Shown here: piece by piece, positions 1 through 13,486 of the stretch
Position numbering within the stretch: position 1 is the stretch's first letter
How the letters are laid out: each line of letters begins with the position of its first letter
Source: Azolla caroliniana
Lineage: Eukaryota > Plantae > Polypodiophyta
Reading direction: 5' to 3'
Length of the DNA: 53,895 nt
Assembly (NCBI GenBank): GCA_043228905.1
Contig: JBHGNT010000201.1
Location: 1-53,895, forward strand
Position numbers and translations under genes: made by a program
The notes under the pieces: model-generated
Told to the model about the DNA's origin: nothing
What the model saw: only the letters and a program-made list of their open reading frames with translations
The model's database searches: none

Positions 1-1115
1 CCTTGGCGCGTCGAGGCCTTTGTGTCACCCGTTGGACTCGGGTCGCCGCTTGTATGGTTGCACCAAACTGGGAAGATGATCGACGGTAGTTTCACACCAG
101 TTTCCGTTCCCTTCCGGGAACCCTCAAACGCTACACGGTACGTGCCACAAACCTCGGGAAGCGACCCCCCCTCGAAACTAGGTCATACGGCCTCCAGCCC
201 GATGACGTGCGGACGTGGAAGGTTTGTCGACTAGCAAACAACCCGAGCCTTGCAGCATTCCGAGAACGTTGTCATTCGTTACAGCGAGGACCTTCTTGTT
301 TCTTCTCCGTTGACGTTGCATTGGAAAGGAAAGGAGAACAAGAGAACGCATTTCAACCGTTTTGTTTTGATCAGGGGTTGTTGGTGCGCGTCATTTGGCT
401 CACGCTAAATCTCAAAGGCTGCAGCTAGAGTTTTGACGATGTTAAAAGGTGGTTACGTATCCCACCGATCTATGGCTTTGTTCGGTAAAACCTGCAAGGC
501 GAGACGATGTTGCCAGGATGTTTGGCCGGGAAGACGAGTCCGCAACCTTGGATGGATTGGTAGATGGAGGGTAAATTGCACCCACATTGTCAATGGTAAG
601 TTCTAACGTGTTGCATTGAACGTCGTGCCGTAATGACTCCCGTTGAAAGCAAAAGAAAGACGTGAAAGAGAGCATCAAGCCTGATGCGCGGTTGCGGGGA
701 ATGTTGCAGCGTGGTTGGAATTCTCAATTGCGGTTTCCGTCCAAGGTGCTCATACGTACAACCGTAATGCGTGGTCTTCCTCTGCGTTATTCCAGGTGAC
801 ACGAGTCTCGAGTAAGCGTCGGCCATTCCCAAGAACTTGAACCGCAGATTTGACCAGTAAGCGAGCAGATACCTATTACATCCGACTTTGACGTGATCGC
901 CAAATGTATTCGGAAGCCCCAAGTAAGGCACCGTCATGGCAGTTACTTCGCAGGCTCATTCCTCTTAACCTTCCACACGTGCGCGGTTAGCAATCCCTAA
1001 AGAACTCCTCGAACGAAGCTCGGGCGGTAACGTCTTGAATAAGGACCCACGCAAGGAGGCGAGGGGGACAAGATCGTAGCGGTGGTTTTGACGTACAACT
1101 AATTCAACCGCGCGG

Positions 1116-1187
1116 TATCAGAGCGAGGTTTCGATCCTCGGACCTGTGGGTTATGGGCCCACCACGCTTCCGCTGCGCCACTCTGAT
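1116..1187 (-). tRNA. tRNA-iMet: tRNA-iMet (CAT), initiator, copy 1
   Basis: Minus strand ATCAGAGTGGCGCAGCGGAAGCGTGGTGGGCCCATAACCCACAGGTCCGAGGATCGAAACCTCGCTCTGATA, 72 nt; A1:T72 pair, GGG/CCC anticodon stem, CAT anticodon, T-loop ATCGAAA (A54/A60), all eukaryotic initiator hallmarks. Confidence 0.97.
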
Positions 1188-2656
1188 GCGGATGACTTGA
1201 AAGCCAAAGAGAGATAAAGAATTCAAAGAGAACGACGCGAGAGCTCTTCCTTATTTCTCCATGTTAATCTACTCGAGAAGCCATGGAAACGTTGTAAACA
1301 AGGTCGAGGTTAGCAAATGGAGCGTGAACAACCCGAGCATGAGCACGGCGGGTGGCCCAGTTAAGTAGTATGGATGTTCCTACCTACTCGGCGCACGTCA
1401 ATGTGTCTGCCTCGTTCGTTCTTGCTACGGACTTGGAGCGGGAGAACACCCTCTTGTGGGCAACGCGAGAGAGAGGGCGACCTGATTATTCTTGAGCATG
1501 GCGACATACCATATTAGCTCGCTAGGAAACCGTCTTCCTCACCTTGGCGCGTCGAGGCCTTTGTGTCACCCGTTGGACTCGGGTCGCCGCTTGTATGGTT
1601 GCACCAAACTGGGAAGATGATCGACGGTAGTTTCACACCAGTTTCCGTTCCCTTCCGGGAACCCTCAAACGCTACACGGTACGTGCCACAAACCTCGGGA
1701 AGCGACCCCCCCTCGAAACTAGGTCATACGGCCTCCAGCCCGATGACGTGCGGACGTGGAAGGTTTGTCGACTAGCAAACAACCCGAGCCTTGCAGCATT
1801 CCGAGAACGTTGTCATTCGTTACAGCGAGGACCTTCTTGTTTCTTCTCCGTTGACGTTGCATTGGAAAGGAAAGGAGAACAAGAGAACGCATTTCAACCG
1901 TTTTGTTTTGATCAGGGGTTGTTGGTGCGCGTCATTTGGCTCACGCTAAATCTCAAAGGCTGCAGCTAGAGTTTTGACGATGTTAAAAGGTGGTTACGTA
2001 TCCCACCGATCTATGGCTTTGTTCGGTAAAACCTGCAAGGCGAGACGATGTTGCCAGGATGTTTGGCCGGGAAGACGAGTCCGCAACCTTGGATGGATTG
2101 GTAGATGGAGGGTAAATTGCACCAACATTGTCAATGGTAAGTTCTAACGTGTTGCATTGAACGTCGTGCCGTAATGACTCCCGTTGAAAGCAAAAGAAAG
2201 ACGTGAAAGAGAGCATCAAGCCTGATGCGCGGTTGCGGGGAATGTTGCAGCGTGGTTGGAATTCTCAATTGCGGTTTCCGTCCAAGGTGCTCATACGTAC
2301 AACCGTAATGCGTGGTCTTCCTCTGCGTTATTCCAGGTGACACGAGTCTCGAGTAAGCGTCGGCCATTCCCAAGAACTTGAACCGCAGATTTGACCAGTA
2401 AGCGAGCAGATACCTATTACATCCGACTTTGACGTGATCGCCAAATGTATTCGGAAGCCCCAAGTAAGGCACCGTCATGGCAGTTACTTCGCAGGCTCAT
2501 TCCTCTTAACCTTCCACACGTGCGCGGTTAGCAATCCCTAAAGAACTCCTCGAACGAAGCTCGGGCGGTAACGTCTTGAATAAGGACCCACGCAAGGAGG
2601 CGAGGGGGACAAGATCGTAGCGGTGGTTTTGACGTACAACTAATTCAACCGCGCGG

Positions 2657-2728
2657 TATCAGAGCGAGGTTTCGATCCTCGGACCTGTGGGTTATGGGCC
2701 CACCACGCTTCCGCTGCGCCACTCTGAT
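2657..2728 (-). tRNA. tRNA-iMet: tRNA-iMet (CAT) copy 2
   Basis: Identical to copy 1. Confidence 0.97.
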
Positions 2729-4197
2729 GCGGATGACTTGAAAGCCAAAGAGAGATAAAGAATTCAAAGAGAACGACGCGAGAGCTCTTCCTTATTTCTC
2801 CATGTTAATCTACTCGAGAAGCCATGGAAACGTTGTAAACAAGGTCGAGGTTAGCAAATGGAGCGTGAACAACCCGAGCATGAGCACGGCGGGTGGCCCA
2901 GTTAAGTAGTATGGATGTTCCTACCTACTCGGCGCACGTCAATGTGTCTGCCTCGTTCGTTCTTGCTACGGACTTGGAGCGGGAGAACACCCTCTTGTGG
3001 GCAACGCGAGAGAGAGGGCGACCTGATTATTCTTGAGCATGGCGACATACCATATTAGCTCGCTAGGAAACCGTCTTCCTCACCTTGGCGCGTCGAGGCC
3101 TTTGTGTCACCCGTTGGACTCGGGTCGCCGCTTGTATGGTTGCACCAAACTGGGAAGATGATCGACGGTAGTTTCACACCAGTTTCCGTTCCCTTCCGGG
3201 AACCCTCAAACGCTACACGGTACGTGCCACAAACCTCGGGAAGCGACCCCCCCTCGAAACTAGGTCATACGGCCTCCAGCCCGATGACGTGCGGACGTGG
3301 AAGGTTTGTCGACTAGCAAACAACCCGAGCCTTGCAGCATTCCGAGAACGTTGTCATTCGTTACAGCGAGGACCTTCTTGTTTCTTCTCCGTTGACGTTG
3401 CATTGGAAAGGAAAGGAGAACAAGAGAACGCATTTCAACCGTTTTGTTTTGATCAGGGGTTGTTGGTGCGCGTCATTTGGCTCACGCTAAATCTCAAAGG
3501 CTGCAGCTAGAGTTTTGACGATGTTAAAAGGTGGTTACGTATCCCACCGATCTATGGCTTTGTTCGGTAAAACCTGCAAGGCGAGACGATGTTGCCAGGA
3601 TGTTTGGCCGGGAAGACGAGTCCGCAACCTTGGATGGATTGGTAGATGGAGGGTAAATTGCACCCACATTGTCAATGGTAAGTTCTAACGTGTTGCATTG
3701 AACGTCGTGCCGTAATGACTCCCGTTGAAAGCAAAAGAAAGACGTGAAAGAGAGCATCAAGCCTGATGCGCGGTTGCGGGGAATGTTGCAGCGTGGTTGG
3801 AATTCTCAATTGCGGTTTCCGTCCAAGGTGCTCATACGTACAACCGTAATGCGTGGTCTTCCTCTGCGTTATTCCAGGTGACACGAGTCTCGAGTAAGCG
3901 TCGGCCATTCCCAAGAACTTGAACCGCAGATTTGACCAGTAAGCGAGCAGATACCTATTACATCCGACTTTGACGTGATCGCCAAATGTATTCGGAAGCC
4001 CCAAGTAAGGCACCGTCATGGCAGTTACTTCGCAGGCTCATTCCTCTTAACCTTCCACACGTGCGCGGTTAGCAATCCCTAAAGAACTCCTCGAACGAAG
4101 CTCGGGCGGTAACGTCTTGAATAAGGACCCACGCAAGGAGGCGAGGGGGACAAGATCGTAGCGGTGGTTTTGACGTACAACTAATTCAACCGCGCGG

Positions 4198-4269
4198 TAT
4201 CAGAGCGAGGTTTCGATCCTCGGACCTGTGGGTTATGGGCCCACCACGCTTCCGCTGCGCCACTCTGAT
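4198..4269 (-). tRNA. tRNA-iMet: tRNA-iMet (CAT) copy 3
   Basis: Identical to copy 1. Confidence 0.97.
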
Positions 4270-5710
4270 GCGGATGACTTGAAAGCCAAAGAGAGATAAA
4301 GAATTCAAAGAGAACGACGCGAGAGCTCTTCCTTATTTCTCCATGTTAATCTACTCGAGAAGCCATGGAAACGTTGTAAACAAGGTCGAGGTTAGCAAAT
4401 GGAGCGTGAACAACCCGAGCATGAGCACGGCGGGTGGCCCAGTTAAGTAGTATGGATGTTCCTACCTACTCGGCGCACGTCAATGTGTCTGCCTCGTTCG
4501 TTCTTGCTACGGACTTGGAGCGGGAGAACACCCTCTTGTGGGCAACGCGAGAGAGAGGGCGACCTGATTATTCTTGAGCATGGCGACATACCATATTAGC
4601 TCGCTAGGAAACCGTCTTCCTCACCTTGGCGCGTCGAGGCCTTTGTGTCACCCGTTGGACTCGGGTCGCCGCTTGTATGGTTGCACCAAACTGGGAAGAT
4701 GATCGACGGTAGTTTCACACCAGTTTCCGTTCCCTTCCGGGAACCCTCAAACGCTACACGGTACGTGCCACAAACCTCGGGAAGCGACCCCCCCTCGAAA
4801 CTAGGTCATACGGCCTCCAGCCCGATGACGTGCGGACGTGGAAGGTTTGTCGACTAGCAAACAACCCGAGCCTTGCAGCATTCCGAGAACGTTGTCATTC
4901 GTTACAGCGAGGACCTTCTTGTTTCTTCTCCGTTGACGTTGCATTGGAAAGGAAAGGAGAACAAGAGAACGCATTTCAACCGTTTTGTTTTGATCAGGGG
5001 TTGTTGGTGCGCGTCATTTGGCTCACGCTAAATCTCAAAGGCTGCAGCTAGAGTTTTGACGATGTTAAAAGGTGGTTACGTATCCCACCGATCTATGGCT
5101 TTGTTCGGTAAAACCTGCAAGGCGAGACGATGTTGCCAGGATGTTTGGCCGGGAAGACGAGTCCGCAACCTTGGATGGATTGGTAGATGGAGGGTAAATT
5201 GCACCAACATTGTCAATGGTAAGTTCTAACGTGTTGCATTGAACGTCGTGCCGTAATGACTCCCGTTGAAAGCAAAAGAAAGACGTGAAAGAGAGCATCA
5301 AGCCTGATGCGCGGTTGCGGGGAATGTTGCAGCGTGGTTGGAATTCTCAATTGCGGTTTCCGTCCAAGGTGCTCATACGTACAACCGTAATGCGTGGTCT
5401 TCCTCTGCGTTATTCCAGGTGACACGAGTCTCGAGTAAGCGTCGGCCATTCCCAAGAACTTGAACCGCAGATTTGACCAGTAAGCGAGCAGATACCTATT
5501 ACATCCGACTTTGACGTGATCGCCAAATGTATTCGGAAGCCCCAAGTAAGGCACCGTCATGGCAGTTACTTCGCAGGCTCATTCCTCTTAACCTTCCACA
5601 CGTGCGAACGAAGCTCGGGCGGTAACGTCTTGAATAAGGACCCACGCAAGGAGGCGAGGGGGACAAGATCGTAGCGGTGGTTTTGACGTACAACTAATTC
5701 AACCGCGCGG

Positions 5711-5782
5711 TATCAGAGCGAGGTTTCGATCCTCGGACCTGTGGGTTATGGGCCCACCACGCTTCCGCTGCGCCACTCTGAT
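5711..5782 (-). tRNA. tRNA-iMet: tRNA-iMet (CAT) copy 4
   Basis: Identical to copy 1; this unit has a 28-bp deletion in the 3' trailer. Confidence 0.97.
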
Positions 5783-7251
5783 GCGGATGACTTGAAAGCC
5801 AAAGAGAGATAAAGAATTCAAAGAGAACGACGCGAGAGCTCTTCCTTATTTCTCCATGTTAATCTACTCGAGAAGCCATGGAAACGTTGTAAACAAGGTC
5901 GAGGTTAGCAAATGGAGCGTGAACAACCCGAGCATGAGCACGGCGGGTGGCCCAGTTAAGTAGTATGGATGTTCCTACCTACTCGGCGCACGTCAATGTG
6001 TCTGCCTCGTTCGTTCTTGCTACGGACTTGGAGCGGGAGAACACCCTCTTGTGGGCAACGCGAGAGAGAGGGCGACCTGATTATTCTTGAGCATGGCGAC
6101 ATACCATATTAGCTCGCTAGGAAACCGTCTTCCTCACCTTGGCGCGTCGAGGCCTTTGTGTCACCCGTTGGACTCGGGTCGCCGCTTGTATGGTTGCACC
6201 AAACTGGGAAGATGATCGACGGTAGTTTCACACCAGTTTCCGTTCCCTTCCGGGAACCCTCAAACGCTACACGGTACGTGCCACAAACCTCGGGAAGCGA
6301 CCCCCCCTCGAAACTAGGTCATACGGCCTCCAGCGCGATGACGTGCGGACGTGGAAGGTTTGTCGACTAGCAAACAACCCGAGCCTTGCAGCATTCCGAG
6401 AACGTTGTCATTCGTTACAGCGAGGACCTTCTTGTTTCTTCTCCGTTGACGTTGCATTGGAAAGGAAAGGAGAACAAGAGAACGCATTTCAACCGTTTTG
6501 TTTTGATCAGGGGTTGTTGGTGCGCGTCATTTGGCTCACGCTAAATCTCAAAGGCTGCAGCTAGAGTTTTGACGATGTTAAAAGGTGGTTACGTATCCCA
6601 CCGATCTATGGCTTTGTTCGGTAAAACCTGCAAGGCGAGACGATGTTGCCAGGATGTTTGGCCGGGAAGACGAGTCCGCAACCTTGGATGGATTGGTAGA
6701 TGGAGGGTAAATTGCACCAACATTGTCAATGGTAAGTTCTAACGTGTTGCATTGAACGTCGTGCCGTAATGACTCCCGTTGAAAGCAAAAGAAAGACGTG
6801 AAAGAGAGCATCAAGCCTGATGCGCGGTTGCGGGGAATGTTGCAGCGTGGTTGGAATTCTCAATTGCGGTTTCCGTCCAAGGTGCTCATACGTACAACCG
6901 TAATGCGTGGTCTTCCTCTGCGTTATTCCAGGTGACACGAGTCTCGAGTAAGCGTCGGCCATTCCCAAGAACTTGAACCGCAGATTTGACCAGTAAGCGA
7001 GCAGATACCTATTACATCCGACTTTGACGTGATCGCCAAATGTATTCGGAAGCCCCAAGTAAGGCACCGTCATGGCAGTTACTTCGCAGGCTCATTCCTC
7101 TTAACCTTCCACACGTGCGCGGTTAGCAATCCCTAAAGAACTCCTCGAACGAAGCTCGGGCGGTAACGTCTTGAATAAGGACCCACGCAAGGAGGCGAGG
7201 GGGACAAGATCGTAGCGGTGGTTTTGACGTACAACTAATTCAACCGCGCGG

Positions 7252-7323
7252 TATCAGAGCGAGGTTTCGATCCTCGGACCTGTGGGTTATGGGCCCACCA
7301 CGCTTCCGCTGCGCCACTCTGAT
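7252..7323 (-). tRNA. tRNA-iMet: tRNA-iMet (CAT) copy 5
   Basis: Identical to copy 1. Confidence 0.97.
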
Positions 7324-8792
7324 GCGGATGACTTGAAAGCCAAAGAGAGATAAAGAATTCAAAGAGAACGACGCGAGAGCTCTTCCTTATTTCTCCATGT
7401 TAATCTACTCGAGAAGCCATGGAAACGTTGTAAACAAGGTCGAGGTTAGCAAATGGAGCGTGAACAACCCGAGCATGAGCACGGCGGGTGGCCCAGTTAA
7501 GTAGTATGGATGTTCCTACCTACTCGGCGCACGTCAATGTGTCTGCCTCGTTCGTTCTTGCTACGGACTTGGAGCGGGAGAACACCCTCTTGTGGGCAAC
7601 GCGAGAGAGAGGGCGACCTGATTATTCTTGAGCATGGCGACATACCATATTAGCTCGCTAGGAAACCGTCTTCCTCACCTTGGCGCGTCGAGGCCTTTGT
7701 GTCACCCGTTGGACTCGGGTCGCCGCTTGTATGGTTGCACCAAACTGGGAAGATGATCGACGGTAGTTTCACACCAGTTTCCGTTCCCTTCCGGGAACCC
7801 TCAAACGCTACACGGTACGTGCCACAAACCTCGGGAAGCGACCCCCCCTCGAAACTAGGTCATACGGCCTCCAGCCCGATGACGTGCGGACGTGGAAGGT
7901 TTGTCGACTAGCAAACAACCCGAGCCTTGCAGCATTCCGAGAACGTTGTCATTCGTTACAGCGAGGACCTTCTTGTTTCTTCTCCGTTGACGTTGCATTG
8001 GAAAGGAAAGGAGAACAAGAGAACGCATTTCAACCGTTTTGTTTTGATCAGGGGTTGTTGGTGCGCGTCATTTGGCTCACGCTAAATCTCAAAGGCTGCA
8101 GCTAGAGTTTTGACGATGTTAAAAGGTGGTTACGTATCCCACCGATCTATGGCTTTGTTCGGTAAAACCTGCAAGGCGAGACGATGTTGCCAGGATGTTT
8201 GGCCGGGAAGACGAGTCCGCAACCTTGGATGGATTGGTAGATGGAGGGTAAATTGCACCCACATTGTCAATGGTAAGTTCTAACGTGTTGCATTGAACGT
8301 CGTGCCGTAATGACTCCCGTTGAAAGCAAAAGAAAGACGTGAAAGAGAGCATCAAGCCTGATGCGCGGTTGCGGGGAATGTTGCAGCGTGGTTGGAATTC
8401 TCAATTGCGGTTTCCGTCCAAGGTGCTCATACGTACAACCGTAATGCGTGGTCTTCCTCTGCGTTATTCCAGGTGACACGAGTCTCGAGTAAGCGTCGGC
8501 CATTCCCAAGAACTTGAACCGCAGATTTGACCAGTAAGCGAGCAGATACCTATTACATCCGACTTTGACGTGATCGCCAAATGTATTCGGAAGCCCCAAG
8601 TAAGGCACCGTCATGGCAGTTACTTCGCAGGCTCATTCCTCTTAACCTTCCACACGTGCGCGGTTAGCAATCCCTAAAGAACTCCTCGAACGAAGCTCGG
8701 GCGGTAACGTCTTGAATAAGGACCCACGCAAGGAGGCGAGGGGGACAAGATCGTAGCGGTGGTTTTGACGTACAACTAATTCAACCGCGCGG

Positions 8793-8864
8793 TATCAGAG
8801 CGAGGTTTCGATCCTCGGACCTGTGGGTTATGGGCCCACCACGCTTCCGCTGCGCCACTCTGAT
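8793..8864 (-). tRNA. tRNA-iMet: tRNA-iMet (CAT) copy 6
   Basis: Identical to copy 1. Confidence 0.97.
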
Positions 8865-10333
8865 GCGGATGACTTGAAAGCCAAAGAGAGATAAAGAATT
8901 CAAAGAGAACGACGCGAGAGCTCTTCCTTATTTCTCCATGTTAATCTACTCGAGAAGCCATGGAAACGTTGTAAACAAGGTCGAGGTTAGCAAATGGAGC
9001 GTGAACAACCCGAGCATGAGCACGGCGGGTGGCCCAGTTAAGTAGTATGGATGTTCCTACCTACTCGGCGCACGTCAATGTGTCTGCCTCGTTCGTTCTT
9101 GCTACGGACTTGGAGCGGGAGAACACCCTCTTGTGGGCAACGCGAGAGAGAGGGCGACCTGATTATTCTTGAGCATGGCGACATACCATATTAGCTCGCT
9201 AGGAAACCGTCTTCCTCACCTTGGCGCGTCGAGGCCTTTGTGTCACCCGTTGGACTCGGGTCGCCGCTTGTATGGTTGCACCAAACTGGGAAGATGATCG
9301 ACGGTAGTTTCACACCAGTTTCCGTTCCCTTCCGGGAACCCTCAAACGCTACACGGTACGTGCCACAAACCTCGGGAAGCGACCCCCCCTCGAAACTAGG
9401 TCATACGGCCTCCAGCCCGATGACGTGCGGACGTGGAAGGTTTGTCGACTAGCAAACAACCCGAGCCTTGCAGCATTCCGAGAACGTTGTCATTCGTTAC
9501 AGCGAGGACCTTCTTGTTTCTTCTCCGTTGACGTTGCATTGGAAAGGAAAGGAGAACAAGAGAACGCATTTCAACCGTTTTGTTTTGATCAGGGGTTGTT
9601 GGTGCGCGTCATTTGGCTCACGCTAAATCTCAAAGGCTGCAGCTAGAGTTTTGACGATGTTAAAAGGTGGTTACGTATCCCACCGATCTATGGCTTTGTT
9701 CGGTAAAACCTGCAAGGCGAGACGATGTTGCCAGGATGTTTGGCCGGGAAGACGAGTCCGCAACCTTGGATGGATTGGTAGATGGAGGGTAAATTGCACC
9801 CACATTGTCAATGGTAAGTTCTAACGTGTTGCATTGAACGTCGTGCCGTAATGACTCCCGTTGAAAGCAAAAGAAAGACGTGAAAGAGAGCATCAAGCCT
9901 GATGCGCGGTTGCGGGGAATGTTGCAGCGTGGTTGGAATTCTCAATTGCGGTTTCCGTCCAAGGTGCTCATACGTACAACCGTAATGCGTGGTCTTCCTC
10001 TGCGTTATTCCAGGTGACACGAGTCTCGAGTAAGCGTCGGCCATTCCCAAGAACTTGAACCGCAGATTTGACCAGTAAGCGAGCAGATACCTATTACATC
10101 CGACTTTGACGTGATCGCCAAATGTATTCGGAAGCCCCAAGTAAGGCACCGTCATGGCAGTTACTTCGCAGGCTCATTCCTCTTAACCTTCCACACGTGC
10201 GCGGTTAGCAATCCCTAAAGAACTCCTCGAACGAAGCTCGGGCGGTAACGTCTTGAATAAGGACCCACGCAAGGAGGCGAGGGGGACAAGATCGTAGCGG
10301 TGGTTTTGACGTACAACTAATTCAACCGCGCGG

Positions 10334-10405
10334 TATCAGAGCGAGGTTTCGATCCTCGGACCTGTGGGTTATGGGCCCACCACGCTTCCGCTGCGCCACT
10401 CTGAT
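10334..10405 (-). tRNA. tRNA-iMet: tRNA-iMet (CAT) copy 7
   Basis: Identical to copy 1. Confidence 0.97.
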
Positions 10406-11873
10406 GCGGATGACTTGAAAGCCAAAGAGAGATAAAGAATTCAAAGAGAACGACGCGAGAGCTCTTCCTTATTTCTCCATGTTAATCTACTCGAGAAGCC
10501 ATGGAAACGTTGTAAACAAGGTCGAGGTTAGCAAATGGAGCGTGAACAACCCGAGCATGAGCACGGCGGGTGGCCCAGTTAAGTAGTATGGATGTTCCTA
10601 CCTACTCGGCGCACGTCAATGTGTCTGCCTCGTTCGTTCTTGCTACGGACTTGGAGCGGGAGAACACCCTCTTGTGGGCAACGCGAGAGAGAGGGCGACC
10701 TGATTATTCTTGAGCATGGCGACATACCATATTAGCTCGCTAGGAAACCGTCTTCCTCACCTTGGCGCGTCGAGGCCTTTGTGTCACCCGTTGGACTCGG
10801 GTCGCCGCTTGTATGGTTGCACCAAACTGGGAAGATGATCGACGGTAGTTTCACACCAGTTTCCGTTCCCTTCCGGGAACCCTCAAACGCTACACGGTAC
10901 GTGCCACAAACCTCGGGAAGCGACCCCCCCTCGAAACTAGGTCATACGGCCTCCAGCCCGATGACGTGCGGACGTGGAAGGTTTGTCGACTAGCAAACAA
11001 CCCGAGCCTTGCAGCATTCCGAGAACGTTGTCATTCGTACAGCGAGGACCTTCTTGTTTCTTCTCCGTTGACGTTGCATTGGAAAGGAAAGGAGAACAAG
11101 AGAACGCATTTCAACCGTTTTGTTTTGATCAGGGGTTGTTGGTGCGCGTCATTTGGCTCACGCTAAATCTCAAAGGCTGCAGCTAGAGTTTTGACGATGT
11201 TAAAAGGTGGTTACGTATCCCACCGATCTATGGCTTTGTTCGGTAAAACCTGCAAGGCGAGACGATGTTGCCAGGATGTTTGGCCGGGAAGACGAGTCCG
11301 CAACCTTGGATGGATTGGTAGATGGAGGGTAAATTGCACCCACATTGTCAATGGTAAGTTCTAACGTGTTGCATTGAACGTCGTGCCGTAATGACTCCCG
11401 TTGAAAGCAAAAGAAAGACGTGAAAGAGAGCATCAAGCCTGATGCGCGGTTGCGGGGAATGTTGCAGCGTGGTTGGAATTCTCAATTGCGGTTTCCGTCC
11501 AAGGTGCTCATACGTACAACCGTAATGCGTGGTCTTCCTCTGCGTTATTCCAGGTGACACGAGTCTCGAGTAAGCGTCGGCCATTCCCAAGAACTTGAAC
11601 CGCAGATTTGACCAGTAAGCGAGCAGATACCTATTACATCCGACTTTGACGTGATCGCCAAATGTATTCGGAAGCCCCAAGTAAGGCACCGTCATGGCAG
11701 TTACTTCGCAGGCTCATTCCTCTTAACCTTCCACACGTGCGCGGTTAGCAATCCCTAAAGAACTCCTCGAACGAAGCTCGGGCGGTAACGTCTTGAATAA
11801 GGACCCACGCAAGGAGGCGAGGGGGACAAGATCGTAGCGGTGGTTTTGACGTACAACTAATTCAACCGCGCGG

Positions 11874-11945
11874 TATCAGAGCGAGGTTTCGATCCTCGGA
11901 CCTGTGGGTTATGGGCCCACCACGCTTCCGCTGCGCCACTCTGAT
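11874..11945 (-). tRNA. tRNA-iMet: tRNA-iMet (CAT) copy 8
   Basis: Identical to copy 1. Confidence 0.97.
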
Positions 11946-13414
11946 GCGGATGACTTGAAAGCCAAAGAGAGATAAAGAATTCAAAGAGAACGACGCGAGA
12001 GCTCTTCCTTATTTCTCCATGTTAATCTACTCGAGAAGCCATGGAAACGTTGTAAACAAGGTCGAGGTTAGCAAATGGAGCGTGAACAACCCGAGCATGA
12101 GCACGGCGGGTGGCCCAGTTAAGTAGTATGGATGTTCCTACCTACTCGGCGCACGTCAATGTGTCTGCCTCGTTCGTTCTTGCTACGGACTTGGAGCGGG
12201 AGAACACCCTCTTGTGGGCAACGCGAGAGAGAGGGCGACCTGATTATTCTTGAGCATGGCGACATACCATATTAGCTCGCTAGGAAACCGTCTTCCTCAC
12301 CTTGGCGCGTCGAGGCCTTTGTGTCACCCGTTGGACTCGGGTCGCCGCTTGTATGGTTGCACCAAACTGGGAAGATGATCGACGGTAGTTTCACACCAGT
12401 TTCCGTTCCCTTCCGGGAACCCTCAAACGCTACACGGTACGTGCCACAAACCTCGGGAAGCGACCCCCCCTCGAAACTAGGTCATACGGCCTCCAGCCCG
12501 ATGACGTGCGGACGTGGAAGGTTTGTCGACTAGCAAACAACCCGAGCCTTGCAGCATTCCGAGAACGTTGTCATTCGTTACAGCGAGGACCTTCTTGTTT
12601 CTTCTCCGTTGACGTTGCATTGGAAAGGAAAGGAGAACAAGAGAACGCATTTCAACCGTTTTGTTTTGATCAGGGGTTGTTGGTGCGCGTCATTTGGCTC
12701 ACGCTAAATCTCAAAGGCTGCAGCTAGAGTTTTGACGATGTTAAAAGGTGGTTACGTATCCCACCGATCTATGGCTTTGTTCGGTAAAACCTGCAAGGCG
12801 AGACGATGTTGCCAGGATGTTTGGCCGGGAAGACGAGTCCGCAACCTTGGATGGATTGGTAGATGGAGGGTAAATTGCACCCACATTGTCAATGGTAAGT
12901 TCTAACGTGTTGCATTGAACGTCGTGCCGTAATGACTCCCGTTGAAAGCAAAAGAAAGACGTGAAAGAGAGCATCAAGCCTGATGCGCGGTTGCGGGGAA
13001 TGTTGCAGCGTGGTTGGAATTCTCAATTGCGGTTTCCGTCCAAGGTGCTCATACGTACAACCGTAATGCGTGGTCTTCCTCTGCGTTATTCCAGGTGACA
13101 CGAGTCTCGAGTAAGCGTCGGCCATTCCCAAGAACTTGAACCGCAGATTTGACCAGTAAGCGAGCAGATACCTATTACATCCGACTTTGACGTGATCGCC
13201 AAATGTATTCGGAAGCCCCAAGTAAGGCACCGTCATGGCAGTTACTTCGCAGGCTCATTCCTCTTAACCTTCCACACGTGCGCGGTTAGCAATCCCTAAA
13301 GAACTCCTCGAACGAAGCTCGGGCGGTAACGTCTTGAATAAGGACCCACGCAAGGAGGCGAGGGGGACAAGATCGTAGCGGTGGTTTTGACGTACAACTA
13401 ATTCAACCGCGCGG

Positions 13415-13486
13415 TATCAGAGCGAGGTTTCGATCCTCGGACCTGTGGGTTATGGGCCCACCACGCTTCCGCTGCGCCACTCTGAT
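13415..13486 (-). tRNA. tRNA-iMet: tRNA-iMet (CAT) copy 9
   Basis: Identical to copy 1. Confidence 0.97.
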
